Of a stretch of 64,000 nt of DNA, positions 14,136 through 26,880 are shown one piece after another. The position numbers and the translations under genes are program-made. This stretch comes from Lama guanicoe. Lineage: Eukaryota. The notes under the pieces are model-generated. The model was not told the origin of the DNA, did not search any database, and saw nothing but the letters and a program-made list of their open reading frames with translations. Numbering within the stretch: the first letter of the stretch is position 1; every line of letters starts with the position of its first letter. Location of the stretch: positions 567,793 through 631,792 of the forward strand of contig MU053493.1 in the NCBI GenBank assembly GCA_013239625.1. Reading direction: 5' to 3'.

Positions 14136-17100
14136 ATAAACAATTTGAGGTGAATAAAAACAAACAAAAAAACCCACAGCATACCAAGGTTTAAGAGGTA
14201 CAGTTAAATGGTACATAGATGAATTATAATATATGTAAATGTCCATGTTAAAATAGAAAATATTTCAAATAAAAAACCTAATCTTATACCCAAATAAACT
14301 AGCGAAAAAGAATAAATTATACCCACATCAACCAAAGGAAAGGAGTAATGAAAGTTAGAATGGAAATAAATGAAATAAAAAATATGAAAGCAATAGAGAA
14401 AATCAACACAGCCGAGAGATGGTTCTTTGAAAACAGCGACTAAATAGATAAGGTCATTGGAGGGGGGGAAGGGACAGAGATAAAGGAAGATAGAGGAAAA
14501 AAGAGAGAAAGACGAGAGGAAACAGAAGAGATTCAAATTATAAAGCTCAAATTACTGAAAGAGGGCATTAATACCAACCTTCTATGAATAGAGCAGGATT
14601 ATAAGTGAGTGCTATGAACACTGTGAATAATATGCCAACAAATTAGATGACCTAGATGAAATGGATAAATACCCAGAAAGATAAAAAAGCTGGAAAGAGA
14701 ATCAAAAAGAAATAGAAAACCTTAATAGAGCTATAACAATGGAGAAAATTAGTCATTTAAAAAGTCATTAAAATTCTGATCTATGATGACTTCACTATTA
14801 AATTATACCAAATGTTCAAATAATTAATATGAATCTGTCACAAACTCCTCCAAAGAAAAAAAAAAGAAGAGAATACATCTCAACTCATTCTATAAGGCCA
14901 GTTTACCCTAACACCACAACTAGATATTACAAGAAAAGAAAATTACTGACCAATATCCTTCATGAATATAAGTGCAAAAATCACCAACGAAGTATTAGCA
15001 AGCCAAATCTAGCAACGTATAAAAAAGTGAAACATCGTGACAAGTGGGATTTATCTCAGGAATGAAAGTTTGGTTCAAAATACAAAAACAGTTAATATAA
15101 TAAACTGTAGCAATAGAATAAAGGACAAAAACATGTGACCATCTCGAAAGACTCAGAAGGAAACACTGGCAGAATCCAACATCCATTTACGATAAAACAC
15201 TAAACAAATTAAGCATAGAAAGGAACTTTCTCAGTCTAATAAAGGGCATCTATGAAAAATAAAAATAACCTCGTATGTAATTGTGAAAGCTCCATACTTT
15301 ACTGAAGATGAGAAACAAGACAAGGATAGCCACTCTTGTCACTTCTATTTAACATGGCACTGGAGGTTGTAGCCAAGGCAGTTAGCCAGGAAAACAAATA
15401 TAAGGCGCCCTGATTGGAAAAAAGCCAAACTCTATCTCTACCTCTATCTGCAAGTGACATGATTTTGTGTATAAAAATCCTAAGGAACCTACTAAAATAC
15501 TATTAGAACTAAAAAAAAAAAGAGCTCAGCAAGGTTTCAGTATACAACATCAATATATAAAAATCAGTTGCATTTCTACACACTAGCAATGGACAATATG
15601 AAAATGCAACTAAGAAAACCACTTAAAATAACATCAAAAAGGATAAAGCATTTAGGAGTGACTTTAACAAAATAAGTATAAGACATGTACACTGAAAACT
15701 ACAAAATGCTTTTGAATGAAAATAAAGAAAACAAATAAATTGGGAGGGAGGATACATGTTCATTGATCAGAAGACTTAAAATTGTTAAGGTCGCTACACT
15801 TTCCAAATGGATTGACAGGTTCAATGCAGTCTCTATCAAAATCCCAGTCACCTCTTCTTTTCAGTAATTGATAAGCTGATTATAAAATTAATGCAAAAAT
15901 GTAAGGAATCCAGAATAGCCAAAATGATCTCGAAAAAGAGCAAAATTTAGAGTACTCAACTTACATTTCTTGATTTCAAAACTCACATACAAAGCTACAA
16001 GAATCAAGAAATCATAGCACTGGCATAAGGCTAGGCATGTAGATCAAATGAAACAGAACTTACTTACCAAAAGTGAGCATTATATTTTGGTCAGTTGATT
16101 TTACCAGTTTGCCAAGACAATTTAATGTGGAATTTTCTTCCAACAAATATTTCTAGGACAAGTGGGTATCTACATGCAAGTTGGACTCCTACCTCGCACA
16201 ATATACTCATGGACTCAAAGTGGATCATAGACCTAATATAAAAACTAAAACTACTAAATCTTTAGAAGAAAACAAAGGAGTAAATCTTCATGACCTAGAG
16301 TTAAACAATGGTTTCTAATATATTACACCAAAAGCACAAATGACAAAAGAAATAAGTAAATTGAACTTCATTAGAATTAAAAACCTTTGTCATTCAAAGC
16401 ACAATATCAAAAAAGTGAATAGACAACCCAAACAATGAATGAAAATATTTTTAAATTATAAAGCTGATAAGAGCCTCTTATCCAGAATATATAAAAGGCT
16501 CTTATGACTCAAAAATAAAAAAAAATAAATATTCTAATTAAAAATGGGTAAACAACTTGTACAGACATTTCCCCAAAGAAGATATGCATGTACAGTAAGC
16601 ATATTAAAAGATGCTCAAAATCTTTGGCCATTAGGGAAATGCAAACTTATGTACAGTGAGATAACTTTCACAAATCTTAATGGATGGCATACTGCTAGAT
16701 GAAAGAAGAAGTTTGAACAGACCACGTATTGTGTCATTCCATTTATACGACACTTTGGAAAAGGGGAAACACGAAACTACAGAGATAGTAAACAGACTAG
16801 TGGTTACCAGGGACTTGAGAGAGAGGAAGGTTGAATAGGTGAAGGGAAGATGTGTGGGAGGTACATGTATATCTCTGAGATGTATCTCTGTACTATCTTC
16901 ACAACAGTTATGTGAATCTAACAGTGTTCTAAAATTTAAACGTTCATTTTTCAAAGTCACTTCTGAGCTTAATATAAAGTGAACATTAGCAGTACTGTGA
17001 TGCTTCCTGAGTGCATCTCTCCAGTTTCATCCTCTTCCCTACCTTCTGAAGGTAACTATTATTTTGAATTCTGTATTTGCCATTCCTTTATTTTTCTTTA

Positions 17101-17199
17101 TTATCTTTCTTTCCACATTTCTATCTCTAGATAGCATACTGTGTGACTTCACTCAAAATCAAATTTAGATAAATGTAAGTGTATAAATTAATCCATATC

Positions 17200-18140
17200 C
17201 CTACCCTAATCATGAGAATGCCTGGGACAAATCTATATGTTGGAACCCTCTACAAAATGTTTGACCAGTACCTTTCCAAAGGGTTAAGCTCATGAAAAAT
17301 AAGTGAAGACCAAGAAAGTATTTACAGATCGGAGAATACCTGTTGTGGCCAGTAGACCCTAAGATGGTGCCCTATGATCCCCACGTCTTGGTATGCACAG
17401 TCGTGTATTCTAATCCCCTCCTCACGAGTGTGGGCAGGAGGGCAGGAACTGTGACTTGCTTGTAAAAAAAAATAGAATACTGCAAAGGTAATGGGATGTC
17501 ACTTCCATAGGTAGGTAGCATAAGATTGTGATTTTTGTCTTGCTAACAAACTCTCTCCTTGATGGCTTTGATGGAATGTTCTGCCCTATGGGAGAATCCC
17601 ACGTGGCAAGGGGCTGAGTGCAACCTCTCACCAATGGCCAGCAAGGAACAGAGGCCCTCAGTCCAACAGCCTGCAGGTCGAATTCTAACAATCATGTGAG
17701 CTTGGAAGGGGGTATTTTTCCCCATCTGAGCCTTCTGTTGAGACTTCATCCCTGGCCATTACCTATATCTGGATTCTTGACCCGCACAAACTGTAAGACA
17801 ATATGTATGTGATTTTAAGATGCTAAATTATGTGGTAATTTATAATGCAGCAAAAAATGGACACTGCCTATGGCAGATAAACGCAATGCTGTATCCTGGA
17901 TTGAATACTGGAACATACAAAATGACCTTTGTAGAAAACCTACTGGTCAAATATGAAGAAAGTCTGTAGTCTATCTAATAGTTTTACACCACTGTCAATG
18001 TCTCAGTTTTTATAAATATACTATGGTGATATAAGATGTGAACATTACAGGAAGTGAAGGGTGTATGAAACCCTCAGAGTACAACCCTCTCTGTACTTTC
18101 TGTAAATCTAAAATTGGTTCAAAACATTTTTTAAAAGTAT
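17200..18140 (+). mobile_element. Old L1MC-like 3'UTR split by an LTR
   Basis: 'gtatcctggattgaatactggaac...ctatggtgatataagatgtgaacatt...tttctgtaaatctaaaatt' resumes after the LTR. Confidence 0.6.
17341..17863 (+). mobile_element. MaLR solo LTR (MLT1E/F-like)
   Basis: 'tgttgtggccagtagaccctaagatgg...gaggccctcagtccaacagcc...ttttaagatgctaaattatgtggtaatttataatgcagc'. Confidence 0.8.
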
Positions 18141-20008
18141 TATTTTGGTACCAAAAACCCCTCAAAAACATAAACAAAAAACCTGTGGGCTCAGAAGATA
18201 AAAGGACTTGTAGGAATAGAAGGGAAAAGCAGTTTCCCTAATCCATCCACCATTCCAAATGCAGATGCACTTGCTTCTGGAAGACCCTCTCAAGCTCCAG
18301 GAGCTCTCCACCTCTTGGTTTTTCCCCTTCATCCTCCCTATGATCCTGTCACCAGCTTGAGTCTCAGCAAACACTTCTTCAAAGGTAGGTGCCTGTGCCT
18401 CACACACCCCACTTCCCTACATCTTCCAGCAGTGTATCTGCAGGGTCCCACTGGAGCTTCTTTGAAGGACATGTCTTCCGGCTCTGAGCAGCCAAGATGG
18501 ATACATGTTAGTGACAGGGAACATTAATCTCATTTCTGCATGCAGGAGAGTTTGTTGTTGTTGTTGTTTGTTGTTACAGAGTTTCCCTCTCCAAATTTTC
18601 AAAAGCACACCAAGCCCTTGAGAGAACTTGTGACTCATTGCTTTCCTCTTGACAGACCCCGTCATGAATTTGCTGGGTCCACTTGCTCTCCTGACACTCA
18701 TATTGTGGAATTACATAACCCACCGCCAAGCCTGCCTGAAAGCCACAAAACGGATATGATCACGGTAGCAGGTTGGTTGGGTGCCATTTTTTCGGGTGAA
18801 GGTGGTGTTTTAGGCCAGTCTCTGATTATATATACCTGGATGTGAACCATTAGGTACCAGATTTTGGGCAGATGAAGGCAAGTGCGTGATTCAGGATTGG
18901 GTTGTGCATGGGTGGAGAAAGCTTGGCAGAAAACAGAAAGGAACAAGCCCAACACAGCAACCTGCAATCCCCTATCCGTGTCTGAGAGGTGGGCACAAGC
19001 CGAATGATGGCTGTGTGTGTGACGGCCCAGCAACAACCCTCCCAGCCGAGAGGACCACACACTCCTCTCTTACGCAGCTCCGGATTCAGAGCCAAGCAAT
19101 GCTGCTGGATAGCAGTCAGGGGTTTTGCTAGGAGTTATGTCTCCAAAGCCATAGAATTGCTTATTGTACTCCATGGACGTCTGCAGAACCAAAGCTCTTG
19201 CTTTTATGTTCCATGATCATAGGGTATGTCCCCCATGACACATTCATGCCTTCTGTGAGAAAACTAATTCCTGGGGCCTGGGGACCTGGAGTGAGAGGTC
19301 CAGCTGACCTGGACTACACTTCTCACTTCTGAGATCAGGACAGCATTTATTTCAGTGCTGTTATTTTTGGCATTCGTAATTCAAGAAACCTTCTCACTCC
19401 TCCAAGCTCAAAGTTCACTCTTTAAGAAAGGACAGCCTCACTTAGATTGCACATCCTATAACAGAGAAAGTTATTCCAACTATTTCATTGTATCTGGTAT
19501 TCTTATAACAGCTAAATGACTTGGCCAACCCCTGTTTCCTCTTCATTTCAATGCAGACTTTATAGTATATTATGAGAATGTCATTCCTCACCAAAGTCTT
19601 GACCAAACCAAAGCAAAAATCAAGAATGAAAACAAAAACAGAAGCCAGAATGGCAGGCCTTAAACAAATCCCCATTCGATCTGGACAAGGTGTGGGAACT
19701 CAAAATTGGCAAATAAAGGAACCAACCAAAGAGCCCAGGGTGCTTAGGGTTAAGAGAAGACAGGAGATAGACATAGAACAGTATGACATGATGTCACAGA
19801 CACAGATGACACAGTGCTGAGCTCCAAGTCCTCAAACTGCTCTCTGAGAGTATGGACTATATGATTTACTATAACCTTCTAAACCACCTGTACCTGGAGT
19901 TCACAGAGGCTGCCTGGCCACCAGAATTCCAGAAAGTTCTCACTGCAAACTTCTCTGAGTCTTAGACCACATCATGAGACAATAACCCATTGCCCTGTCT
20001 TCATTTTC

Positions 20009-20208
20009 TAGCCTGAACAGAGGATGGAGTCCATTATGTGCATGACTCATATATTTGAGATAAAAACTTTAGCCTGAATAGAGGATGAAGTCCATTATAT
20101 GCATGACTCATATATTTGAGATAAAAACTCTACCCTGAATAGAGGATGGAGTCCACTGGATGCATGACTCACATATTTGAGATCAAAACTGACTCATATA
20201 TTTGAGAT
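20009..20208 (+). repeat. 61-bp tandem repeat, 3 full copies plus a partial core
   Basis: Units start at 20009, 20070 and 20131 (ta[g/c]cctgaa.agaggatg.agtcca....tgcatgactca.atatttgagat.aaaact); extra 'tgactcatatatttgagat' at 20190. Confidence 0.95.
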
Positions 20209-20904
20209 TAATTCAGCCTTCCTGGAGCTTGAAACTCTAGGTACAATTTCAATCAACATCCTAAATCACGAATTATATTAGTTTCTTATTCCCTTAATAC
20301 ATTCATCAGGGAACACCAAAGCCCATTCCAATTTTAAAAGCAGAATTTGTCAGAATAGCAAGTAGGCAGAGAAAAATAAATTATGTCAACCATAATGCAT
20401 CTTCTTTGCACTGACAGTTCGCAAAGTGATTTGTATTATCACCATCCTTTCGATTAGAAGAAAGAATGGGGAAGAAAGAAAAAAGATAGATATACAATTG
20501 TTATAGATTGAAGTATTGAATTTAGAATGGCACAGATGACATCAGTCATATTTCTAAGGTTAGGGCAGAAATTTTCAAGATGCAGCTTCTTCTAAGCCTT
20601 TAGAAGAAGTCTTTACTGTTTCAGTGCAAACTTCCCACTAACTCTGACATTTTTATCTTCCTTCTCACTGGATTTCTCGAGCCACAGTTAATAAAATTAA
20701 CTCTACATATATAATCTAGGAATTCCAGTCATAAACTAGAATCTCTAATACCTCTAACAGTCAAGGATAAGGCAAATGAAGTTGGTAAGCTTATATAAAA
20801 CTACATTTAAGTATGTTTCCTCAATAATAGACCAGAATACAACAGATGAGCCACTATGACTTTTACGGTGAGAAATGAGCAGTCACAGAGAAAAACAGGG
20901 AACT

Positions 20905-21475
20905 CTACTGATGCTAGACTGTACATTTCCCCATCTTCCAAATAGAGATTCATCTTATAATTGACAGTGTTTATCAGGAGCCAATCACAGTGAGGTTGTC
21001 CTTACGTGCACTTGCATCAACTTGGTCTAGAAATCTACTGTTGACTCCTGGTGACATCATTAGCATCAAAACTTACAGAGGAGGGTGTCAGTAAGTTGGA
21101 AGATCATCTCACAGAGAGAAGTGTAGGACTCTCTCAAGAAATATGACATCCCTGAACCTCCTGATTAGCACAGATGATGATAATGCGGGGAAAATTGTGG
21201 TCAAGGTGATTTAAAAAGCTGTTCAGAGGAGTTTGACTCTGAATAGCAAAAATGCTAGGGATAACATTATCAGTGCATTTTAAAAAATATTTCCCATCAT
21301 GTGATCATAAGAGTGACAGAAGACAAATATCCACATTTATGTAAGTTTCAAAGAGTGTTTTCAATAATTATAAGATAAAATTCTAAGTGGCAAGACTTTT
21401 CTGCACCATAGTTTTCCATGATTTTATTCTTTCCTTGTGACATACACAATAATGACACAGCCTACAGTTGATACA
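20905..21475 (+). mobile_element. Tc2-family DNA transposon fossil (Kanga1-like)
   Basis: 'catcaaaacttacagaggagggtgtcagtaagttggaagatc...aagaaatatgacatc...gcacagatgatgataatg' and 'ttcaataattataagataaaattctaagtg' match the recalled Kanga1-type consensus. Confidence 0.55.
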
Positions 21476-23322
21476 AAGCAATTTTGCAATTGTTTAGAAA
21501 AAGCTGTCAGTGTCAGCCAGCACTGACTCAGGGACTATTATAGATCTGATATTAGACCACGAGCTTTATGTATCATTAGTTTGTTCAATCCTTCCATCTC
21601 AAGAGGCAGCTTCCAAGTTTTAGTTCTGAATCTGAGCTAAATTCCTACCAGAGAGGGATTGAGGATCTGAAGCATGACTCATCCTGTCTCAAGTTTCACT
21701 TCAACTCTTTAAGAAAATCTTTTCTCTTTCATGGTAAATACTTTCTGAGCCTAGTTTAAGAAATTTTACCCTCTCCTAATGTCACAGTTATTTTCCTAAA
21801 GTAGTTTCTAGATGCTGTCTTAAATTGTTTTTTTCTCTTTTTTTTTGGTATATATTTTAGACCTATGATTCACACGGAATTCATTTCAAGTGAAATGGAA
21901 GGTCAAAGAGTTTCTTTCCCTCTGTAGCCATTCAATCTGTTAGAACATTTAATGAAAAAATCCATCTTTCCCCCACTGATTTTTCTTATAAACGATTTGC
22001 TTTCATATGCATGTGTTTGTCATTGATTGATTTCTCTATCTTTATGCAAATGCCACCTCCAGAAAGTTGGGCCCTGTTCTGATTCTCTTCCACCCACTTT
22101 GGTGGAGGAGGCCCGGCTTGGCTGCAGCACCAAGGATTCCTCGGAGGGTGAGATGTCCTCAGTGCTCCCAAGAGCGCCTCTCATGGCCTCCCTGGCTGCC
22201 TGCCACTGATCCCCATGCCCCACAACAAAATCTGTTCAGACACAGTCAAAACTCAGTTTTCATCAGAGGCACTTGATGTGTATTTGAAGGCTCTGGTTTA
22301 TATCAGGCTAAGTCATACAGTGTTGCTTCAGCATCCTGTCCCCTTCCCATTACTGGGAAAGCTGCAACCCAGAGCGAGGAATCACATGGGCAGGGAACAT
22401 GACGCATGTCTCTGAAATCCGAATTATTGTTTAAAAGCAGCAACCAGTCTGATCCTGGGCCTTCTGGAGGTCCCCTTATACTCCCAGACCCTTTGTTCAC
22501 CCTATATCAAGTTATCTCTCATTTCCTGGTAAACTAGGATTTCACCACCAGATATTTTTCCCATAAGGGTTCTAAAATCCAATGCTATGACATACACATA
22601 GAGGGAGAATCTAGGGTCTGAGCATGCATGCAAATATGTTGGGGCATGGTTTGCTCTAATTCCACAGAGTAAGGATGGAATGTAGCCCCCAAGGATCTAT
22701 GAGCTTACCAGAGGGGGAAGAGGCCAGCAAGGGTAAGGGAATTGGGGTCCCCCACCTTCTAGACATACCCTATCCAATCGTCTCCTTATACAATGGAAGT
22801 TTTTGTGCAGGTGCACGGCTCCCTACCATGCGCCAATAGAAGTACTCTTGCTCCACAAAACCCCATCCAACTTCTAAAATCAGATGTGGGTCCCATGTCC
22901 CCCCTCCTAGTTTGCCTTCAGCACCTCCATCTCAGGAAGAGAATCTACACAGTTAAGAGCCCAGAGACCTTATAGTCTCAGAAAACTCAATTTCACATGT
23001 ATTGGACAAGGTGTAGTCAAATCACATGCTTATCCAGGGACTTTAATCCTGAGCCTTGCCCAGAGGACCTCTGGGGGTTAGAGATGTGGAGTGAAGTCAC
23101 CACTTGTATCTGTAAGCTGAGTGGACTTCCTAAGTCACTGTCAGTGTCATCTCATCTTCATACAGGCACGAGTGCCACTGAACTCTCATCTCGTCTTTTC
23201 TCAAACTCCCTTTCTTTTTAATCCCATATCTTAAAACATCAACATTTAGAATTTGTCTTTTCCTTCCACATCACAATCAGGGGCCACTAAAGTACACTCC
23301 ACATCCCAAATCATCACAAATA

Positions 23323-23480
23323 CGTATTTCATTAAATCTAAGAGGTCATGGACTTTAAATGCACCTTTGTTTTTGTGTAACATTAAGGAAAAAAAATACA
23401 CAATTAAAGGTAGGTCCAATTCCAAGATGTTATGGCTTCAAAGATGTTAAAATGTGAAAAATGTAGATATTAAAAATAAT
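23323..23480 (-). mobile_element. MER104-like non-autonomous Tc2 DNA transposon
   Basis: Starts with terminal inverted repeat 'cgtatttcattaaatctaag'; ends 'agatgttaaaatgtgaaaaatgtag'. Confidence 0.65.
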
Positions 23481-24771
23481 TATTTCTGAATAAGGCCAGA
23501 GTTTGATGAAGTGGAGCAACAAAATTAGAAAGATAGTTATGTGAGTAACACTGATAAAAGAGTTAACGTTGCTGATCAGAAATCAGATGAGGTGAATGAA
23601 TACATGGGGATAAAATGGCAGATCACTTCCCCGAGACCCACCCAGCCTTCTCTATGGCCCTGGAAATTCCTTACTTCACCAAGAAATATGTGCAGGTTCC
23701 AGGAACATTCCTCCCAGCCAAGAGCAAGACAGAGTCAGAAGTGAGCTGTGGGCTGCTTTTCAGTTCTTGACCAGAAACCACAAGTCACACAGTGAAGGGG
23801 GGGCCAGAGACCAGAGCATCATGTAGGCCCCATGGAACTACAGGGGGAGTTCACACGGCCCTTTCTCCCAAGCTCCGGAGTCACAAGCATTCTCCTTTCA
23901 TTTGAGAAATGATATCAGTGTAGGTTCCATGGAAAGCACAGGACACTCCACGAGCCTTCTCATCAGAAAGGACTGTGGACTTTTCTCCATGCCCCCCTAT
24001 GCCCTTTCTACTTGCCTTATACCAGCTCTTTGTCCCCTACAGGAAAATGTCACAAGAGGGTTATGAGTCTATAACAGATTTCCCTGGTAGAGGCCATTTC
24101 ACGGCATGATGACAGCCCCCACAGAAGCCTCCCAGACAGAGAGGGATTATGAAGATCAGAACCCGGCCATGAGGAACTGGGCTGGCAGGAGAAGATCTCG
24201 GCTTCCTGGTATCGAGTTTCCCGGGACACAGTTGTTCTCTTCACAAGTCCTCTGGTCTCCCTCTGTCCTCGGAAGTCATTAGGGTACACCTGTGGCTGAT
24301 GGGTTTCTTTCATTTATAAAGGCATGAGTTATTAGAGAATCTTCTTCAACTTTACCTCGTTAAGGCACCTCTGGAGCCCTTTCCTAACAGCTCCAAATTA
24401 CAGGTGGAGGGGTCAGAGAGGGGCAGAAAAGGGAAATTTCCAAGAACTTTTCCTGATGATCTTTACCTGTGGTAAAAGGTCAAAACACAGATCTTGAGAG
24501 ACTGTGGACTCAGAAAAAAGTAGGGGAGGGGAGGGGGAGAAAATTAAGCCTATCACATTCAACATTCACTGCCCTTTCTTGTTGGGAGCCAAGCCAGGAA
24601 GCAGGCATCCAGACGGTGTCACAAGGGCCAAGAAAAAAACCTCCATCTGGTCTGCCCCACCTCAGAGAGCTGCAAGTGTGTCACCAAGACATCGTTTGCA
24701 CAGAGACAGCTGAAAACCAGCCATACCCAAAAGCTTCAATTAAAAAAAAAAAAAAGACTGGCTCAGGTTTT

Positions 24772-25344
24772 TTTTTTTAACATTTTTTATTGATTTATAA
24801 TTATTTTACAATTTTGTGTCAAATTCCAGGGTTCAGCACAATTTTTCAGTCATTCATGGAATGGAATCTATCCCTTCCCACCCTCTACCCCCCTGGTAAC
24901 CACAAGTCTGTATTCTCTGTCCGTGAGTCTATTTCTGTCCTGTATTTGTGCTTTGTTTTTGTTTGTTTGTTTGTTTTTGTTTTTGTTTTTTAGATTCCAC
25001 ATATGAGCGATCTCATATGGTATTTTTCTTTCTCTTTCTGGCTTACTTCACTTAGAATGACATTCTCCAGGGACATCCATGTTGCTGCAAATGGCATTAT
25101 GTTGTCGGTTTTTATGGCTGAGTAGTATTCCATTGTATAAATATACCACATCTTCTTTATCCAGTCACCTGTTGATGGACATTTAGGCTGTTTCCATGTT
25201 TTGGCTATTGTAAATAGTGCTGCTATGAACATTGGGGTGCAGGTGTCATCCTGAAGTAGATATCCTTCTGGATACAAGCCTAGGAGTGGGGTTCCTGGGT
25301 CATATGGTAAGTCTATTCCTAGTCTTTTGAGGAATCTCCACACT
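24772..25344 (-). mobile_element. Young lineage-specific L1, 5'-truncated
   Basis: ORF 24990..25343 is an open ORF2 C-terminal 117 aa; TSD 'gctcaggtttt' at 24761-24771 and 25345-25355, next to a TTTT/AA endonuclease site. Confidence 0.95.
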
Positions 25345-25799
25345 GCTCAGGTTTTAAATATTTTTCTCTATACTAAGCTCAACATCCACAGCATCTTATC
25401 TGCAAAAGTGGGGAAAAGAGGGAAAAACAGCCTGGAATTAGGGATGAAGATAGGTGGGAAACCAGCTCAAATTTGAGGTCAGAAGAGCTCCAGAACAGAT
25501 AAACCATCCACACAACCTTTTGGAAGCTTCTTCACACTCAGAAAAATTTGCTCCCCTTGGACCTCTTACTTCAATACATATTATCAGAATTTAGTGTTAC
25601 CTTTTTTATGCACTTTCAGTGTGGATTGTCCAGCCTACCCTAGACAATATCAGGCAAGAACATATGGACAGGGGACCCCGGATCTGCGGGTAGCACCCTG
25701 GCCAGCCCTACTTGCTTTCTCTCTGGGGTTATGGAGAGGAAACCTGAAGGGATGAGCTTTGGAAGGAGAGGAAGGCAAGGTGGCACCTTCTCCACATCT

Positions 25800-25866
25800 C
25801 TTCTCACGTCAGCCTCAGTGAGGGCAAACCGGAAGCACAGAAGCAGAGTCGGTCCTGCGGTGAGAC
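25800..25866 (+). promoter_or_regulatory. Candidate small promoter/enhancer (CRE-like + ETS) followed by a 5' splice-site-like sequence
   Basis: TCACGTCA 25804-25811, ACCGGAAGC 25828-25836, GCG|GTGAGA with GT at 25860-25861, several retained CpGs. Confidence 0.25.
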
Positions 25867-26327
25867 CCTGGAACAAAGCCTCGGCCAGCACAGAAGGCTA
25901 TCAGCTGTCTCAGCCCTCAACTGCCTGATACAGGCTCGGGAAATGAGTCTATAGAATTATAGCTCTGTCGAATGACAATTAGTGCCAGCGAGGTCCTCTT
26001 CCTTCTCACTCACTGCTCAGGAAAAGTGTTGGCTACATCAGTTAAGGGGTCTTTAACTGAAACCCTTTACTGTTTAATCTGTGTCTTGAATTGCTCTCTG
26101 AGATTATATTACTATTTTCTGAAAAGTCCCTCTGATATGAGGACTTACTTGTTAACAGAATAGAGCCTGTCCTTTCCTGGGTTATAAAATGGCTTCAAGG
26201 TTCAGTGGAGTTCGATGACTTACATGGGGCAAAACACAGTGGGAATATATAAACTGGCTGATCACCTATTTTGATTGAGAGAGATGAACGGTTAAGTAGG
26301 GGTAAACAGCAAAGAAAAAAGAAAACT

Positions 26328-26555
26328 GAGAGTTTGAGATTTACAGATACTGACAGGTACATACAGAATAGGTAAACAAGTGTATACTGTGTAGTACAGG
26401 GACATACATTCAAGATCTTGTAGTAGCTCATGGTGAAAAAGAATGTGAAAACGAATATATATATGTTCATGTATGACTGAAAAATTGTGCTGTCCACCAG
26501 AAATTGACACAACATTGTAAACTGACTATAACTCAATAAAAAAATAAAAAATAAG
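26328..26555 (+). mobile_element. Short young L1 3'UTR insertion
   Basis: 'gagtttgagatttacagatac...ccagaaattgacacaacattgtaaactgactataactcaataaaaaa'; TSD 'aagaaaact' at 26319-26327 and 26556-26564. Confidence 0.9.
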
Positions 26556-26630
26556 AAGAAAACTAGCTTCTCTCCATCTTCCTAAACTTCCCCGTGTATG
26601 CTATGAGCCCAAGCACAGTCACCTTGGAAA

Positions 26631-26644
26631 CCAGCAGGGGGCAA
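26631..26644 (+). promoter_or_regulatory. CTCF-like motif
   Basis: CCAGCAGGGGGCA matches the CTCF core CCASYAGRKGGCR, in unique sequence. Confidence 0.45.
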
Positions 26645-26769
26645 GAGCAGCTTTGCACTGAAAATGCAGAGCAGGAAGACCCCTTCCCCCCACTGAGTAA
26701 GAGGACATCATAACTTAGAGCTGCATTTTTTATTTCCTTCTTTCTCAAGTTTGGATTCATCCGTAGCCC

Positions 26770-26880
26770 ATCTCAGTGTACTGGATGATGCATCAGAACC
26801 AGATGGTGAGCTTGGGGAAATACAGATTTCTAAGTCTAACCTCCATTTTTTTTTTTGGTCTAATTCAGTAGGTCTGAATT
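26770..26880. mobile_element. MER5-like hAT-Charlie fragment
   Basis: 'gcatcagaacc...ggtgagcttggggaaatacagatttc...taattcagtaggtctg'. Confidence 0.45.

Larger units (their letters stand above)
10145..16940 (+). mobile_element. Near full-length decayed LINE-1 (5'UTR, ORF1 ~12.0-12.65 kb, ORF2 ~13.14-16.67 kb)
   Basis: ORF1 'gacaccatcaagtgtacagacacatgcataacaggattcccagaaggagagg'; endonuclease start 'gtaattacattaat' ~13170; RT FADD-like 'tctgcaagtgacatg' ~15450; many stops and frameshifts. Confidence 0.9.

Noticed and set aside
10145..16940. Active full-length L1
   Set aside because: ORF1 and ORF2 contain many stops, frameshifts and nested insertions
18540..19820. Plus-strand exon pair (acceptors near 18655 and 19556) as a receptor tail with a YENV motif
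   Set aside because: No consistent donor or frame linking them and no recognisable family; insufficient support
20009..20208. CRISPR-like array
   Set aside because: Units are head-to-tail with no unique spacers, there are no cas genes, and the DNA is mammalian
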